A stretch of 64,000 nt of DNA from an uncultured Chromatiaceae bacterium (GCA_964421045.1 CAYQVF010000010.1:118-64117); one strand, 5' to 3'; counted from the stretch's first letter, positions 19,367-30,383 are shown. Numbers and translations: made by a program. The notes: generated by a model from the letters alone, not told the origin.

Positions 19367-20197
19367 TTAATTAAGCAGTTCTATCTGAAGCTGCCCATCA
19401 GTTAAGAAGACCTGCACCGTTTGCTGTTTTAGTTCGCTTGGCATTTGATCTTCAAAAACACGGTAGTGGCCATCGACAGAGACGAGTTCCGCCTCCATGT
19501 TTTGACAGAAAATTCTTGCGTTTTTATCGCCTTTAACGCCGGCAAGCGCTCGCCCTCGTAGGGGGGCATAGATGTGGATGTTACCGTCAGCAACGACTTC
19601 GGCGCCCGCATTAACAGCGGCCAGTACGATCAGATCGCCCCCTTGGGCGTAAATTTGTTGCCCAGAGCGTATGGGCTGGCGGACGACCTTGGTTGTTTCA
19701 GGTATCGGGCTATCAGTGGCGGCAATATCCGGTAGTTTGGGTTTGTTTACTGGCGTGGTTTGTTTTTGTGTCATAGGTTTGTTGACGACGGCTTGTTCAG
19801 TTTTCATGCCTGGTAGGTCTTTGATTGCGCCGCCTTTCATTAGTGCAAGCCCCGCTGCAATTGCAGCCTGTTGTTGCTTTGGGTTTCCATGTCTCACGCC
19901 GACAGGGATTAATCTTAAGTTGCGCATAAGTTGACTTAATTCTTTGAAATTTAAGTCAATATCTTGGTTTTTCAAGTCTTCTATGTCGACCACTATGGGG
20001 GCATCTTCAAAGAATCGAGGGCCTGCGGCGAGCCGTTTTTTAAGTTCAGCTTCGATGCTGGGTATGTCTCCGCTGTGGAGCCTGAGTACGGTTAGAGTGA
20101 ACACCGACCCCTTTAATTCAATGGCTGTTTTGTTTTCCTGCGGGATCAGTGGCTCATGTGAGCTGTTCCGATGGTTTATTGTTGACTCAGTTTTCAT
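19367..20197 (-). CDS. minC: septum site-determining protein MinC (long Pro/Thr-rich interdomain linker)
   Basis: C-terminal beta-helix repeats (GNIHIYAPLRGRALAGVKGDKNARIF) with the minC-minD-minE order. At 276 aa it is longer than E. coli MinC, because of a linker. Confidence 0.85.
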   Translation of the reverse strand: MKTESTINHRNSSHEPLIPQENKTAIELKGSVFTLTVLRLHSGDIPSIEAELKKRLAAGPRFFEDAPIVVDIEDLKNQDIDLNFKELSQLMRNLRLIPVGVRHGNPKQQQAAIAAGLALMKGGAIKDLPGMKTEQAVVNKPMTQKQTTPVNKPKLPDIAATDSPIPETTKVVRQPIRSGQQIYAQGGDLIVLAAVNAGAEVVADGNIHIYAPLRGRALAGVKGDKNARIFCQNMEAELVSVDGHYRVFEDQMPSELKQQTVQVFLTDGQLQIELLN

Positions 20198-20335
20198 GCT
20201 AGCCAGCCAGTTTCCTTAGTTTTTGTGTATGAGACACGACTTTTTATGACTCTTCGCAATTGTACGCAGTCGTCGCGGTCTACACAATCCCTATAAACAA
20301 GCTTATATTATTGTTCAGTCGCAGGCGGGTTATTA

Positions 20336-21154
20336 TTATTGGTAAGTAAATTGGCTAGTTTCCAATGGGTTACCTTTTCCATTCTTAACGATAACTTGCC
20401 AGTCGCCTTTTTTATGGGGTTGTAAATATTTGCTGGAGTAAACGCGCCAGCGGTTACCGCGTATTTTAAATTTAATTTTTGCAACCACTTTATTGTCATA
20501 TTGCCACTGGTGCGTGATGGTTTGTCCCTTAAGTCCTCGTAACTCAGTGAAATAATAGAGTTTTTTTAATTCTTTCGGCGCGGCGGTTAACTGGCCAGTA
20601 ATATTGTCGATCGGTTCGCGTTTGCTTATACCATTGGTAAATAGGGCTCTGGCGATATTGTTTTTATCATTTGCGAGTGTGTTGTTGCTTGTGTTGTCTG
20701 ATTGACTTGTTATGGTGGTTTTAATTAGGGGGTAGGTGGCGATTTTAACTTGAGGTGCAGGTTGCTCTAAGGATTTAATGGGTTCAGAAGTCGAGGCTGT
20801 TTTTTGGTTTGTTAATACAGCAACGGAAGGAGTCGGTGTTTTGGTATTAGTTTTTTGAGTCATCGTCTCTGATATCGGGGTGAGCTCTTGGTTTGTTGTG
20901 CTTGCTACGGTACTCAACAAGGGCGCTGTAGTTGGTGTAGAGGTTGTTGTCGGAGCAAAAAATAACCAGGATATTATGCCAATCATGCTGAGGGTGAGAA
21001 ACACCGCTAATTTAACAGGTTGCTCCGATTTTGAGTCGGGTAAGGGGTTGTTGTTAGCATGGTCTCTCTCTTGGGCTGTCGCAAGGCGGGGTTTATGTGC
21101 TGCACCATTTCCTGAGCCTAAGCTGATTTTAATCTTAAGCGTTTTAGCTGACAT
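20336..21154 (-). CDS. membrane-anchored protein with Thr/Ser-rich linker and DUF2914-like C-terminal domain
   Basis: One TM helix (LAVFLTLSMIGIISWLFFA), about 100 aa of T/S/P-rich low complexity, and a C-terminal YYFTELRGLKGQTITHQWQY...RWRVYSSK motif reminiscent of DUF2914. Confidence 0.5.
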   Translation of the reverse strand: MSAKTLKIKISLGSGNGAAHKPRLATAQERDHANNNPLPDSKSEQPVKLAVFLTLSMIGIISWLFFAPTTTSTPTTAPLLSTVASTTNQELTPISETMTQKTNTKTPTPSVAVLTNQKTASTSEPIKSLEQPAPQVKIATYPLIKTTITSQSDNTSNNTLANDKNNIARALFTNGISKREPIDNITGQLTAAPKELKKLYYFTELRGLKGQTITHQWQYDNKVVAKIKFKIRGNRWRVYSSKYLQPHKKGDWQVIVKNGKGNPLETSQFTYQ

Positions 21155-21296
21155 CGCTGAACATTGCCCCTGAATTCAATTTACTTAGGAGAGAGCACGA
21201 AGTGACCTTGCATCATTCTTTATCGGCCTTCTAGAAAATTGTAGGCGTTGTTAGCGATAAGTCAAATTGAAAAGTGCAGGATCGCCAGATTCCAGG

Positions 21297-22508
21297 CTAT
21301 ATTTTTTGGAAGACCAGTGATGCGTTGGTACCACCAAAGCCAAAGCTGTTTGACATGGTGCAATTAAGTTGCACGTTGTCACTGCGTTTGGTTGTAATGT
21401 TCATGTTTTTTGCTGCGGGATCCAGGTCATGAATATTGGCTGAGGCACTAATGAAATGATGTTCCATCATGAGTAACGAGTATATGGCCTCGGCGACACC
21501 GGCGGCACCTAATGCATGTCCGGTTAGCGACTTGGTGGAGCTGATTGCCGGGGCGGTTTCGCCAAATACAGATTGAATGGCTTCCAGTTCTTTTAAATCG
21601 CCAACAGGGGTGCTGGTGCCATGGGCGTTGACATAGTCGATGGGTGTTTTGACGGTGCTAAGTGCTTGTTTCATACAGCGTTCGGCACCTTCTCCTGAAG
21701 GTTGAACCATATCGTGACCATCGGATGTGGCGCCATAACCGACGAGTTCAGCATAGATTTTTGCGCCTCGTGCTTGAGCATGTTCCAGTTCTTCCAATAC
21801 AAGAACCCCGCCACCACCCGAGATGACAAAACCATCGCGGTTCGCGTCGTAGGGTCGAGAGGCGAGCAGAGGTGTGTCGTTGTATTTAGAGGATAACGCA
21901 CCCATGGCATCAAATAACAACGTCATCGTCCAGTGGACTTCTTCACCTCCGCCAGCAAAGACGATATCTTGTTTACCCATCTGAATAAGTTCGCTACCAT
22001 GACCAATACAATGTGCGCTGGTAGAGCAGGCTGAGCTGATAGAATAATTGACGCCTTTGATGCCAAAAGGGGTGGCAAGGCAGGCCGAATTGGTGCTGGA
22101 CATGGTGCGTGTGACCATATAAGGACCTACTCGCCGTAAACCTTTCTTGCGTAATGTATCGGTTGAGAGCAGTAAATTTGCAGTTGAAGGCCCACCTGAC
22201 CCCATAACAAGTCCAGAGCGAGGGTTAGAGACCAGGTTTTGTTCCAGTTTCGCATCAGCAATGGCTTGCTCCATGGCGATGTAGTTGAACGCGGCACCTT
22301 CACCCATAAAACGCCGTATTTTTCTGTCAATATGGTCTTCTGGGTTGAGTTTGATGTTTCCGTGAACGGCGGTACGAAATCCCAATTCACGGTACTCTTC
22401 GCTAAGGGAAATGCCTGATCGACCTTCTTTTAACGAAGCGAGAACTTCATCCTTATTATTGCCGATGCTCGAAACAATGCCCAAGCCTGTGATCACTACT
22501 CTGCGCAA
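21297..22508 (-). CDS. fabB: 3-oxoacyl-ACP synthase I
   Basis: Near end-to-end similarity to E. coli FabB ([18 protein letters not shown]..., active-site Cys in [12 protein letters not shown], His-His). Confidence 0.95.
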   Translation of the reverse strand: MRRVVITGLGIVSSIGNNKDEVLASLKEGRSGISLSEEYRELGFRTAVHGNIKLNPEDHIDRKIRRFMGEGAAFNYIAMEQAIADAKLEQNLVSNPRSGLVMGSGGPSTANLLLSTDTLRKKGLRRVGPYMVTRTMSSTNSACLATPFGIKGVNYSISSACSTSAHCIGHGSELIQMGKQDIVFAGGGEEVHWTMTLLFDAMGALSSKYNDTPLLASRPYDANRDGFVISGGGGVLVLEELEHAQARGAKIYAELVGYGATSDGHDMVQPSGEGAERCMKQALSTVKTPIDYVNAHGTSTPVGDLKELEAIQSVFGETAPAISSTKSLTGHALGAAGVAEAIYSLLMMEHHFISASANIHDLDPAAKNMNITTKRSDNVQLNCTMSNSFGFGGTNASLVFQKI

Positions 22509-22519
22509 AGGGTTGCTCC

Positions 22520-23041
22520 TTAAAAACCTTCTGTAGATGTAAATAAGCCTACCCGTAGGTCATTGGCGGCGTAGACTTCTTTTCCGTCAACTTCCATGGT
22601 GGCGTCAGCGATGCCCATAACCAGTCTTCGTAATATAACTCGCTTCATGTTTATTTTATAGGTTACCATGGTTTTATCTGGTGTAACGGTTCCGGTAAAT
22701 TTCACCTCTCCTACCCCTAAAGCTCGGCCTCGGCCTGGGCCACCTGACCAGCCTAAAAAAAAGCCGATGAGTTGCCACATGGCATCCAAGCCCAAACAGC
22801 CGGGCATGACCGGATCACCTTCAAAATGGCAATTGAAAAACCACAGGTCAGGGTTGATGTCGAGTTCCGCTACAATTTCACCTTTGTCATATTTGCCTCC
22901 AGAATCACTAATGTGTGCAATGCGGTCAATCATCAACATAGGAGGGAGCGGTAGCTGCGCATTTCCTACGCCAAAAAGTTGACTGTGTCCGCACTCTATA
23001 AGTCCCTCTCGGGAATAGTGATTTCTTTTTTCAAATTCCAT
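22520..23041 (-). CDS. fabA: 3-hydroxydecanoyl-ACP dehydratase/isomerase
   Basis: [31 protein letters not shown] is near-identical to E. coli FabA. fabA-fabB operon. Confidence 0.95.
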   Translation of the reverse strand: MEFEKRNHYSREGLIECGHSQLFGVGNAQLPLPPMLMIDRIAHISDSGGKYDKGEIVAELDINPDLWFFNCHFEGDPVMPGCLGLDAMWQLIGFFLGWSGGPGRGRALGVGEVKFTGTVTPDKTMVTYKINMKRVILRRLVMGIADATMEVDGKEVYAANDLRVGLFTSTEGF

Positions 23042-23405
23042 CTGATAAGTTATGCTCTTGAAATGAAGGTTCGGCGCTTGTCTTGTGGATTGTTATTATC
23101 ATTTTTATATTCTTAGGTTGGCCTGTGTCAACCTAGATTGTGTGTAGTTTACTACATTAATGGTCATCGTAAAAATTAGTTTTTTACGTTTAAAAGTTTC
23201 CAGTAGCGATTGCCGTAAGGTGAGAGGAAGAGACGTCGTGTTTATGTCATGGGTGAACAAAGCTTCCGCATTTTCGGAATGGTTTCTGCCTTTTCGCAGT
23301 TATTTGGAGAGTGGAAAACCAGATTGTAACTTCAGTAGGGGTTCGGTTATCGTCAGGAGCGACCTGCTAAAGTCGTTCCTGACGTTTATCTAAAGAAGAT
23401 GGAGG

Positions 23406-24692
23406 TTAAGATTCTGCTCTTGAACGCTGAAATTTTTTAGATGAAGTATTGCCATAAGGGCGTGCAGTCGAATTGCGTGGATTAGAAAAGCGACGTCCTT
23501 TTTTGCTGAAGTTGCTGTTCCGTTTTTTAGCAAGCCCATTTGTTTTCGGTATGGGTTTGCTCGGCTCTAGACCTTCAATGGTTTTTCTTTCGAGTTTACT
23601 GCCTGTTAAGCGTTCGATGCGGCTTAGTTTGATCCAGTCTTCGGGGCCAATCAGGGACATAGCGATTCCGGTGGCGCCGCCTCGTCCCGTTCTACCTATG
23701 CGGTGGATATAATCTTCGGCTGCCATGGGTAAATCAAAATTGATGACGTGACTGATTCCTTTGATATCAAGCCCTCGTGCCGCAACGTCAGTGGCAACTA
23801 ACAGTTGTATTTTTTTTCGTCTTAGTTGATCGACAGTACGATTGCGACTCCCTTGTTTCATATCCCCGTGCAGAGCGGCACAGCGATGTCCTTGGTTCGC
23901 CAAACTTAAGGCCAATCGATCGGCACTTTTTTTAGTTGCCGTAAAAATGATGGCTTGTGTGAGCTGGGGGTCTTCAAGTAGATGGGTGAGCAGGGCGCGT
24001 TTGTGTTGTATATCGTCAGCCTGGTGGACATGCTGCGTAATCGATGAGTGATTGTCTTTGACGCTTGCAACAACAATTCGTACAGGGTTGTTAAGTATTT
24101 TTTTTGCTGTTTTTTCAATGGCACCCTCTAGTGTTGCGGAGAACAATAAAGTTTGTTTGTCTTTTGGTGCTTCGGCGGCAATGCGTTCAACATCACTGAT
24201 AAAACCCATATCTAACATTCTGTCTGCTTCATCAAGAATGAAGAGTTCGAGGCGGGAAAAATCAACCCGACCCTGGTTCATGTGATCAATAAGTCGTCCA
24301 GGTGTGGCAACTAAGATGTCTGACGGGCGCGCAAGCATGCGCTCTTGAGGGGCATAGGGTACCCCGCCTACGATCGTTGCGAAATTTATTCGTGTAAACC
24401 GTCCAATTTGCCGGGTCGCTTGTGTCACTTGCCTGGCAAGTTCGCGAGTGGGCGTTAAAATGATGGCGCGTGGGCCCCGGCCGCTTCTTGTTGAAGGGGT
24501 GAGCAATCGTTGTATCGCCGGGAGTGCGAAAGCGGCGGTTTTACCTGTTCCGGTTTGCGCTGATGCCATAATATCGCGTCCCTCTAAGCTGGGAGGGATG
24601 GCTTGTTTTTGTACCTTTGTGGGTGTTTCGAAGTTGCTGGCTGTGAGTGCTTCAAGTATTTTTGGATGTAAATCAAAGCTGGAAAAAGACAA
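23406..24692 (-). CDS. rhlE: DEAD-box ATP-dependent RNA helicase (RhlE-like) with basic R/G-rich tail
   Basis: Q-motif, AQTGTGKT, DEAD, SAT and HRIGRTGR motifs, with a C-terminal RG/K-rich extension. Confidence 0.9.
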   Translation of the reverse strand: MSFSSFDLHPKILEALTASNFETPTKVQKQAIPPSLEGRDIMASAQTGTGKTAAFALPAIQRLLTPSTRSGRGPRAIILTPTRELARQVTQATRQIGRFTRINFATIVGGVPYAPQERMLARPSDILVATPGRLIDHMNQGRVDFSRLELFILDEADRMLDMGFISDVERIAAEAPKDKQTLLFSATLEGAIEKTAKKILNNPVRIVVASVKDNHSSITQHVHQADDIQHKRALLTHLLEDPQLTQAIIFTATKKSADRLALSLANQGHRCAALHGDMKQGSRNRTVDQLRRKKIQLLVATDVAARGLDIKGISHVINFDLPMAAEDYIHRIGRTGRGGATGIAMSLIGPEDWIKLSRIERLTGSKLERKTIEGLEPSKPIPKTNGLAKKRNSNFSKKGRRFSNPRNSTARPYGNTSSKKFQRSRAES

Positions 24693-25055
24693 ATTTATTC
24701 TCCTGTGACCGCCACGTTTGAATGGCCGTAATTGTAATGAATATCTGACTGGTTACTGTTTGGAGGCTGGTCGTTGGCGGGAGAGGGTGCGCTTGGCTTA
24801 CTGCAATGTAAATTAGGCGTCTGAATCCGCGTGGTGCGCGAGCTAACAGTATTGTAAAATATTTCGTTATTTGTTTATGGTATATATACCGTCGACTCAG
24901 GCTGGCACAAGTTGGATCAGACCTAAGGTTTGTGCCGATTTTTCGATGGGCATACGTTTGTGTGTGACTGGATGATGGGTCTCAAACAAATTATTGAGTT
25001 CCCAGTCTCAGTCAGGAGTGTGGGATTATACGGATTTATTTAAAAAAATCCAGCC

Positions 25056-25156
25056 TTAAAGCGGAAATGTTTAATACCTAGATCCTGCAAGTGCTTACAC
25101 TGAGTGAGTGCGAGCACTTGCAGGATCCAGGTATTATGATATGGTTCCGCTTTAAA
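25056..25156. repeat. roughly 100-bp imperfect palindrome (long stem-loop; candidate structured RNA, MITE-like element or operator)
   Basis: TTAAAGCGGAA / TTCCGCTTTAA, TAATACCT / AGGTATTA and AGATCCTGCAAGTGC / GCACTTGCAGGATCC arms surround an 18-nt loop. Contains a GGATCC site. Confidence 0.5.
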
Positions 25157-25347
25157 ATGCGCGTAGAGCTGGGTACGTGTATTTTTAATACGTTTAACTC
25201 TACTTGTGACATGAAAAATTAGGCTTAGGCGCTTTTAGAGTCGTGTATTTAAGGTACGAACGGACTATTTATCTGGGTTTGATCCTGGTGACATCAAGTG
25301 AATTCCAAAAAATAGGTGTATCGCGCTAGATGTTGCTATGAAATGCC

Positions 25348-25377
25348 GTGAAACGGTTCTGGAGCACAATTTATGCG
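25348..25377. repeat. extragenic repeat copy C (inverted orientation)
   Basis: GTGAAACGGTTCTGGAGCACAATTTATGCG is the reverse complement of the copy A core (29 of 30 positions). Confidence 0.5.
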
Positions 25378-25424
25378 GCTAGTAGGGCTAACGACAGGTT
25401 AACTTAAAGGAAGGGGTTTGGGTC

Positions 25425-26024
25425 ATGGTAGAAATAATTCCGAATTGGCATCCGCTTTTTGTACATTTTACTGTAGCATTACTCACGATTTCCGTTGTGT
25501 TGTTTACCTTGACAAAGGTGGTGACAAATTGGCGATTGGAAGACCAGTGGCTGGCAACAGCTTATTGGAATTTGTGGATTGGTGTTGCTATTTCGGTGGT
25601 GACTGTCATTGCCGGATTTATCGCTTTTAACTCTGTCGAGCATGATACGCCGTCACATGTTGCCATGTTAGACCATCGTCTATGGGCTTTGCTGACGTTT
25701 GCTTTATTTTTCGTGATGGCAATCTGGGCAGTGATTCAGTATCGCAGTGAAAAACCCCCCACGACCCTTTTCATTTGTATTTTGTTGGTTGGTTTGTTTA
25801 TGTTGTCCAGTACGGCCTGGCGCGGTGGTGAATTAGTTTACCGTCATGGCTTGGGTGTGATGTCTCTTCCGGATAAGGATGATCATGGCCATTCGGTGGA
25901 TACCCAGGCGCATGAGCACGGCAATGATCGTGAGCAGCCGGCGGAAGAAGGTCATGGTGAGGAGGCGGAAAAAAAAGGAAGTCATGAAAAAACACCTGGT
26001 GAGGCGCCTGATCATTCCCATTAA
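25425..26024 (+). CDS. DUF2231-like integral membrane protein with His-rich C-terminal tail
   Basis: Four predicted TM helices. N-terminal WHPLFVHFTVAL motif is typical of DUF2231. C-terminal HGHSVDTQAHEHGN...HGEE...SHEKTPGEAPDHSH looks like a metal-binding tail. Confidence 0.6.
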   Translation: MVEIIPNWHPLFVHFTVALLTISVVLFTLTKVVTNWRLEDQWLATAYWNLWIGVAISVVTVIAGFIAFNSVEHDTPSHVAMLDHRLWALLTFALFFVMAIWAVIQYRSEKPPTTLFICILLVGLFMLSSTAWRGGELVYRHGLGVMSLPDKDDHGHSVDTQAHEHGNDREQPAEEGHGEEAEKKGSHEKTPGEAPDHSH

Positions 26025-26100
26025 TAAACAGCAGAGAAAAGCAGTAAGGAAAATGGTAGACTGTCGAACTTGCTTAAACGTTTAGATTGGGGAGCATTTC

Positions 26101-26730
26101 ATGGGGTTGGTTGCCAATCGTAAATCTGCGATGACTTTGCACTCAGGGTCTTTAGATCCGATGAGTCATCGTGTACGTATTGTTCTGGCTGAAAAAAATG
26201 TTTCGGTAAAGATTATAGATATTGCCCCTGATGAAAGCTTATCAGAGGATTTGTTAGCGCTCAATCCGTACAATTCGGTTCCGACCCTGGTGGATCGGGA
26301 TTTGGCGTTATACACCCCCCATATTATAATAGAATACCTTGATGAGCGTTATCCACATCCTCCTTTGATGCCCATTGATCCTGTGTTGCGTGCTCAATCA
26401 CGTACTTTCTTGTATCGTATAGAAAGGGATTGGTATGGTTTGCTGGATGATCTTCAGAGTAAAAAGACACCCGTGGCAGAGAATGCCAGAAAAATATTGA
26501 GCGATAGTTTAACGGCAGTGGCTCCTATCTTTTTGCAAAAACCTTTTTTTATGAGTGATGAATTTAGTTTGATTGATTGTCATGTTGCTCCTATTTTGTG
26601 GCGACTTAAATCTTATGGTATTAATTTACCCCCACAAGCCAAACCCTTGATAGATTATGCGGATAAACTCTTTGTTCGTGAAGGTTTTCAAAATAGTTTA
26701 ACGGTTGCAGAACGAGACTTGGGCAATTGA
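26101..26730 (+). CDS. sspA: stringent starvation protein A (GST-like RNAP-associated protein)
   Basis: Strong similarity to E. coli SspA (HRVRIVLAEK...NPYNSVPTLVDR...YLDERYPHPPLMP). Confidence 0.9.
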   Translation: MGLVANRKSAMTLHSGSLDPMSHRVRIVLAEKNVSVKIIDIAPDESLSEDLLALNPYNSVPTLVDRDLALYTPHIIIEYLDERYPHPPLMPIDPVLRAQSRTFLYRIERDWYGLLDDLQSKKTPVAENARKILSDSLTAVAPIFLQKPFFMSDEFSLIDCHVAPILWRLKSYGINLPPQAKPLIDYADKLFVREGFQNSLTVAERDLGN

Positions 26731-27122
26731 TGACTTCTAGCCGACCTTATCTGATAAGAGCAATTCATGAATGGATTGTGGATAACGAATATACACCCTA
26801 TGTTTTGGTTAGTGCCATAGAAGATGGGGTGGTTGTTCCGCAGCAGCATGTTGAAAATGATAAAATCATATTAAATTTGAGCCCCAAAGCAATACAAAGC
26901 TTACATTTGGGTAATGACCTAATAGAATTTGAGGCGCGGTTTAGCGGTACGGCAATGATTGTTAGTGTGCCTCCCGTAGCGGTTATGGCTATTTATGCAC
27001 GAGAGAATGGCCAGGGTATGATTTTTGAGAAGGAAGAACCGGATAGCAGTCCACCTCCAGGGTTAGGTAAATCAACACGACCTAAGCCTAAGCCGCGACC
27101 TAATCTAAGAGTTGTAAAATAA
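26727..27122 (+). CDS. sspB: ClpXP specificity-enhancing adaptor SspB
   Basis: RPYLIRAIHEWIVDNEYTPYVLV conserved SspB N-terminus, overlapping sspA by 4 nt. Ends in the ClpX-binding tail ...RPNLRVVK. Confidence 0.85.
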   Translation: MMTSSRPYLIRAIHEWIVDNEYTPYVLVSAIEDGVVVPQQHVENDKIILNLSPKAIQSLHLGNDLIEFEARFSGTAMIVSVPPVAVMAIYARENGQGMIFEKEEPDSSPPPGLGKSTRPKPKPRPNLRVVK

Positions 27123-27134
27123 GTGATTCGTTCT

Positions 27135-28529
27135 TTATTCTACATGCGGAAACATTTTTCCGGGGTTTAAGATTCCTTTAGGGTCAAAAACCTGCTTTAT
27201 ATTTTTCATAATATTCAAGGTTGCTGGGGGGATTTCTAAAGGGATAAAATTTCTTTTTACCATTCCAATACCATGTTCTCCTGATAGCGTTCCCTCTAAT
27301 TTCAAAACAAGTGCAAACACGGCGCTTAGGCATTCTTCAGCGCGTTGCATTTCATCATTGTCATCTGGGTTGACGAGCAGGTTGACGTGAATATTGCCAT
27401 TGCCTGCATGCCCGAAATTAACAATAGAAATGTTAAAGCGATGTGATAGGTGATCCAAGCCGTCTATCAGCTCGGCCATCCTTGATACCGGTACAACAAC
27501 ATCTTCGTTAATTTTTTTTGGCGCGATATTTCTTAATGCGGGTGAAAGTGCTTTTCTGGTTGCCCATAGCTCATCGACATCTTGTTGCGTGGTTGCGGCT
27601 TTTAGTTCAATAAGCCCCGTTAAATTAGCGGCATCAGAAATAGCTTGAACAGCAGATTGCATGCTGCTTTCAATGCCGTCAACTTCAATCATGAGCATGG
27701 CTTTAGCGTTTGTTGCGATCGCTGTGCTGGCGTAATTTCGCACCGCGTTGATCGCATGTCCGTCAATAAATTCTAATGCACAAGGGGTAACAGGTTGTGC
27801 CATGATGCGTGATACGGCTTGTGCTGCGGCTGTCATAGAGCTGTAAATGGCTCTTAATGTACGCTTACTTTCGGGGGTGGGTGTCAGGCGTAATGTGGCT
27901 TCCGTAATAATAGCGAGTGTGCCCTCAGAGCCAATTAAAAGCCGGGTTAAATCATAACCCACAACGCCTTTGGAGGTGACAACGCCAGTCTTTAGTGTTT
28001 CTCCCTTACCGGATACCGCCATGAGCCCAGAGACATTTTCTCTTGGGGTTCCATACTTGACGGCGCGCGGCCCAGCGGAGTTATAGGCAAGGTTGCCGCC
28101 AATGGTGCAAAATGCAGCGCTTGTCGGGTCGGGTGGCCAAAAAAAACCGTGTTTTTTAGCCATGTTTTGTACCGTTTGGTTGGTCACGCCGGGCTGTACA
28201 ATCATGTACCGGTCATCAGCAAAGATAACGGGCTCCTTGTTCATTTGTTCCATCGACATGACCAGTCCACCCTGGGAGGGTACGCTCGCGCCGGTAGTGC
28301 CACTACCGCGACCGCGAGCCGTAAGCGGAATTTCGTATTGGTAGCAGGCGAGCACACAGGCCATGACTTGTTCATGTTGCTGTGGAAAAACAACATAGTC
28401 GGGGAGGTGGTGTTTGCGGCTGTTATCATAACCATAAGTCCAACAGTCGGCTTTGTCGGTCAAGATTTGAGCGGTAGAAAATATATTTTTTAACTCGAGC
28501 AAAAAAGTAGCGTTGTGGCGATTTTTCAT
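27135..28529 (-). CDS. FAD-linked oxidase (GlcD / D-lactate dehydrogenase family)
   Basis: FAD_binding_4-type N-terminal domain and C-terminal FAD-oxidase_C domain; 464 aa. Its stop is 2 nt from the dolP start, so it is probably the last gene of that operon. Confidence 0.8.
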   Translation of the reverse strand: MKNRHNATFLLELKNIFSTAQILTDKADCWTYGYDNSRKHHLPDYVVFPQQHEQVMACVLACYQYEIPLTARGRGSGTTGASVPSQGGLVMSMEQMNKEPVIFADDRYMIVQPGVTNQTVQNMAKKHGFFWPPDPTSAAFCTIGGNLAYNSAGPRAVKYGTPRENVSGLMAVSGKGETLKTGVVTSKGVVGYDLTRLLIGSEGTLAIITEATLRLTPTPESKRTLRAIYSSMTAAAQAVSRIMAQPVTPCALEFIDGHAINAVRNYASTAIATNAKAMLMIEVDGIESSMQSAVQAISDAANLTGLIELKAATTQQDVDELWATRKALSPALRNIAPKKINEDVVVPVSRMAELIDGLDHLSHRFNISIVNFGHAGNGNIHVNLLVNPDDNDEMQRAEECLSAVFALVLKLEGTLSGEHGIGMVKRNFIPLEIPPATLNIMKNIKQVFDPKGILNPGKMFPHVE

Positions 28530-28531
28530 TT

Positions 28532-29104
28532 TTAATCTGTGTATTCAAAAGCTCGAATTACTTTGCGAACACCTTCAATTCGTGATGTAATCTCAGCCGC
28601 AGTATCAGCCAGTTCGCGAGGCACCAGCCCCATTAAGTAGACCGTCGTATCGGAAGAAACGACCTTGATTTGCAAGGCTGCTAATTTTTTTGTTGCGAAT
28701 AACTTTGTTTTTACTTTGGTCGAAAGCCAGATATCGAAGTTGCGGGCTCTGAGGGGTAAGGGGTCTCGGAGGGTGATTCTGTTGTGAATTTGTTTGACTT
28801 TAGGGTCTCGATCGACAATGTTATAGACACGTTCTCTTAAGGCTTCATTTGGTGATTCGCCGGTTAATAAAACAATATTGTTATAGCTGATTGCACTGAT
28901 ATGAGCCTGATTCATTAGTTCGGTATCATTATGTAAACCCTTTGCAATCCGAAATTCAATGGCCTGGTCTTCAATAACCGTTCCTGCAGTACGTTTGTCA
29001 ACGGCGACGGCTGCGACCCCGGCGCTCCCTGCAATAATACTTGCAGCGCAGCCCTGGATAAGTAATGCACTGATTACAATAAGGGTAGTGGTGCGATTTA
29101 GCAT
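28532..29104 (-). CDS. dolP: BON-domain periplasmic lipoprotein DolP/YraP-like
   Basis: Signal peptide with lipobox-like LIQGCAAS, and two BON domains. Position downstream of diaA-yraN-lpoA matches E. coli yraP synteny. Confidence 0.75.
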   Translation of the reverse strand: MLNRTTTLIVISALLIQGCAASIIAGSAGVAAVAVDKRTAGTVIEDQAIEFRIAKGLHNDTELMNQAHISAISYNNIVLLTGESPNEALRERVYNIVDRDPKVKQIHNRITLRDPLPLRARNFDIWLSTKVKTKLFATKKLAALQIKVVSSDTTVYLMGLVPRELADTAAEITSRIEGVRKVIRAFEYTD

Positions 29105-29118
29105 TTATATGTGTGCCT

Positions 29119-29736
<618 letters not shown>

Positions 29737-30005
29737 TTATATTCGCGGAAGAATAACATAATCTTTATTGTGATTTCCGAAACGTTTTATATCGCTATAC
29801 GGATCAATAGCTTGTGATGAATGCGTGAGAGCACGAGCAGGCTCTAAGTGTCTCATCATAATTATTTTAACTCACATTTCTGCAGGGTTTTTCGGGTGAA
29901 TCAAGTGCGTAGCGAAACGAGCATAGTGCGCTATGTGACTGGAGCTGCAACGCGGAAAAGACCAATAAATGTTAAAATAGTTATGCTGGGGTATTTATGC
30001 GAGCG

Positions 30006-30383
30006 TTAAAATGCATCTTTGATCCACTCTATGCTGAACTCCGTTTGAGTTAAATCAATTGCAACTACATCAAAACGGCATGTGGGCGGGTGGTTTTGAT
30101 AATGTTTGTTGAGGTAGTGTTCAGCAGTAAAACGTAGTTTTTTTTGCTTGCTGGGGGTGATAGATTCTATTGCATCGGCATAATTATTTTTATAGCGCGA
30201 TCTAACTTCAACAAAGACCAGCTCGTCCCCCTCTTTCATCACAAGATCGATTTCACCATATCGAGTATTATAATTTTTTTCAATTAAGGTGAGTGACCTT
30301 TTCAGCAAATATTCACACGCTTGCTGCTCTGACTTTACGCCTAGATCCAGATGTTTGTTTTTTTTAAATAATGTCAGTTTCAT
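30006..30383 (-). CDS. yraN: UPF0102 family protein YraN
   Basis: GEIDLVMKEGDELVFVEVRSRYKN core typical of YraN (PD-(D/E)xK-like). Confidence 0.85.
   Translation of the reverse strand: MKLTLFKKNKHLDLGVKSEQQACEYLLKRSLTLIEKNYNTRYGEIDLVMKEGDELVFVEVRSRYKNNYADAIESITPSKQKKLRFTAEHYLNKHYQNHPPTCRFDVVAIDLTQTEFSIEWIKDAF

Noticed and set aside
23350-23383. Inverted repeat CGTCAGGAGCGAC...GTCGTTCCTGACG downstream of rhlE
   Set aside because: It could be the rhlE terminator, but it is not followed by a T-run on the minus strand. Too weak to call confidently.
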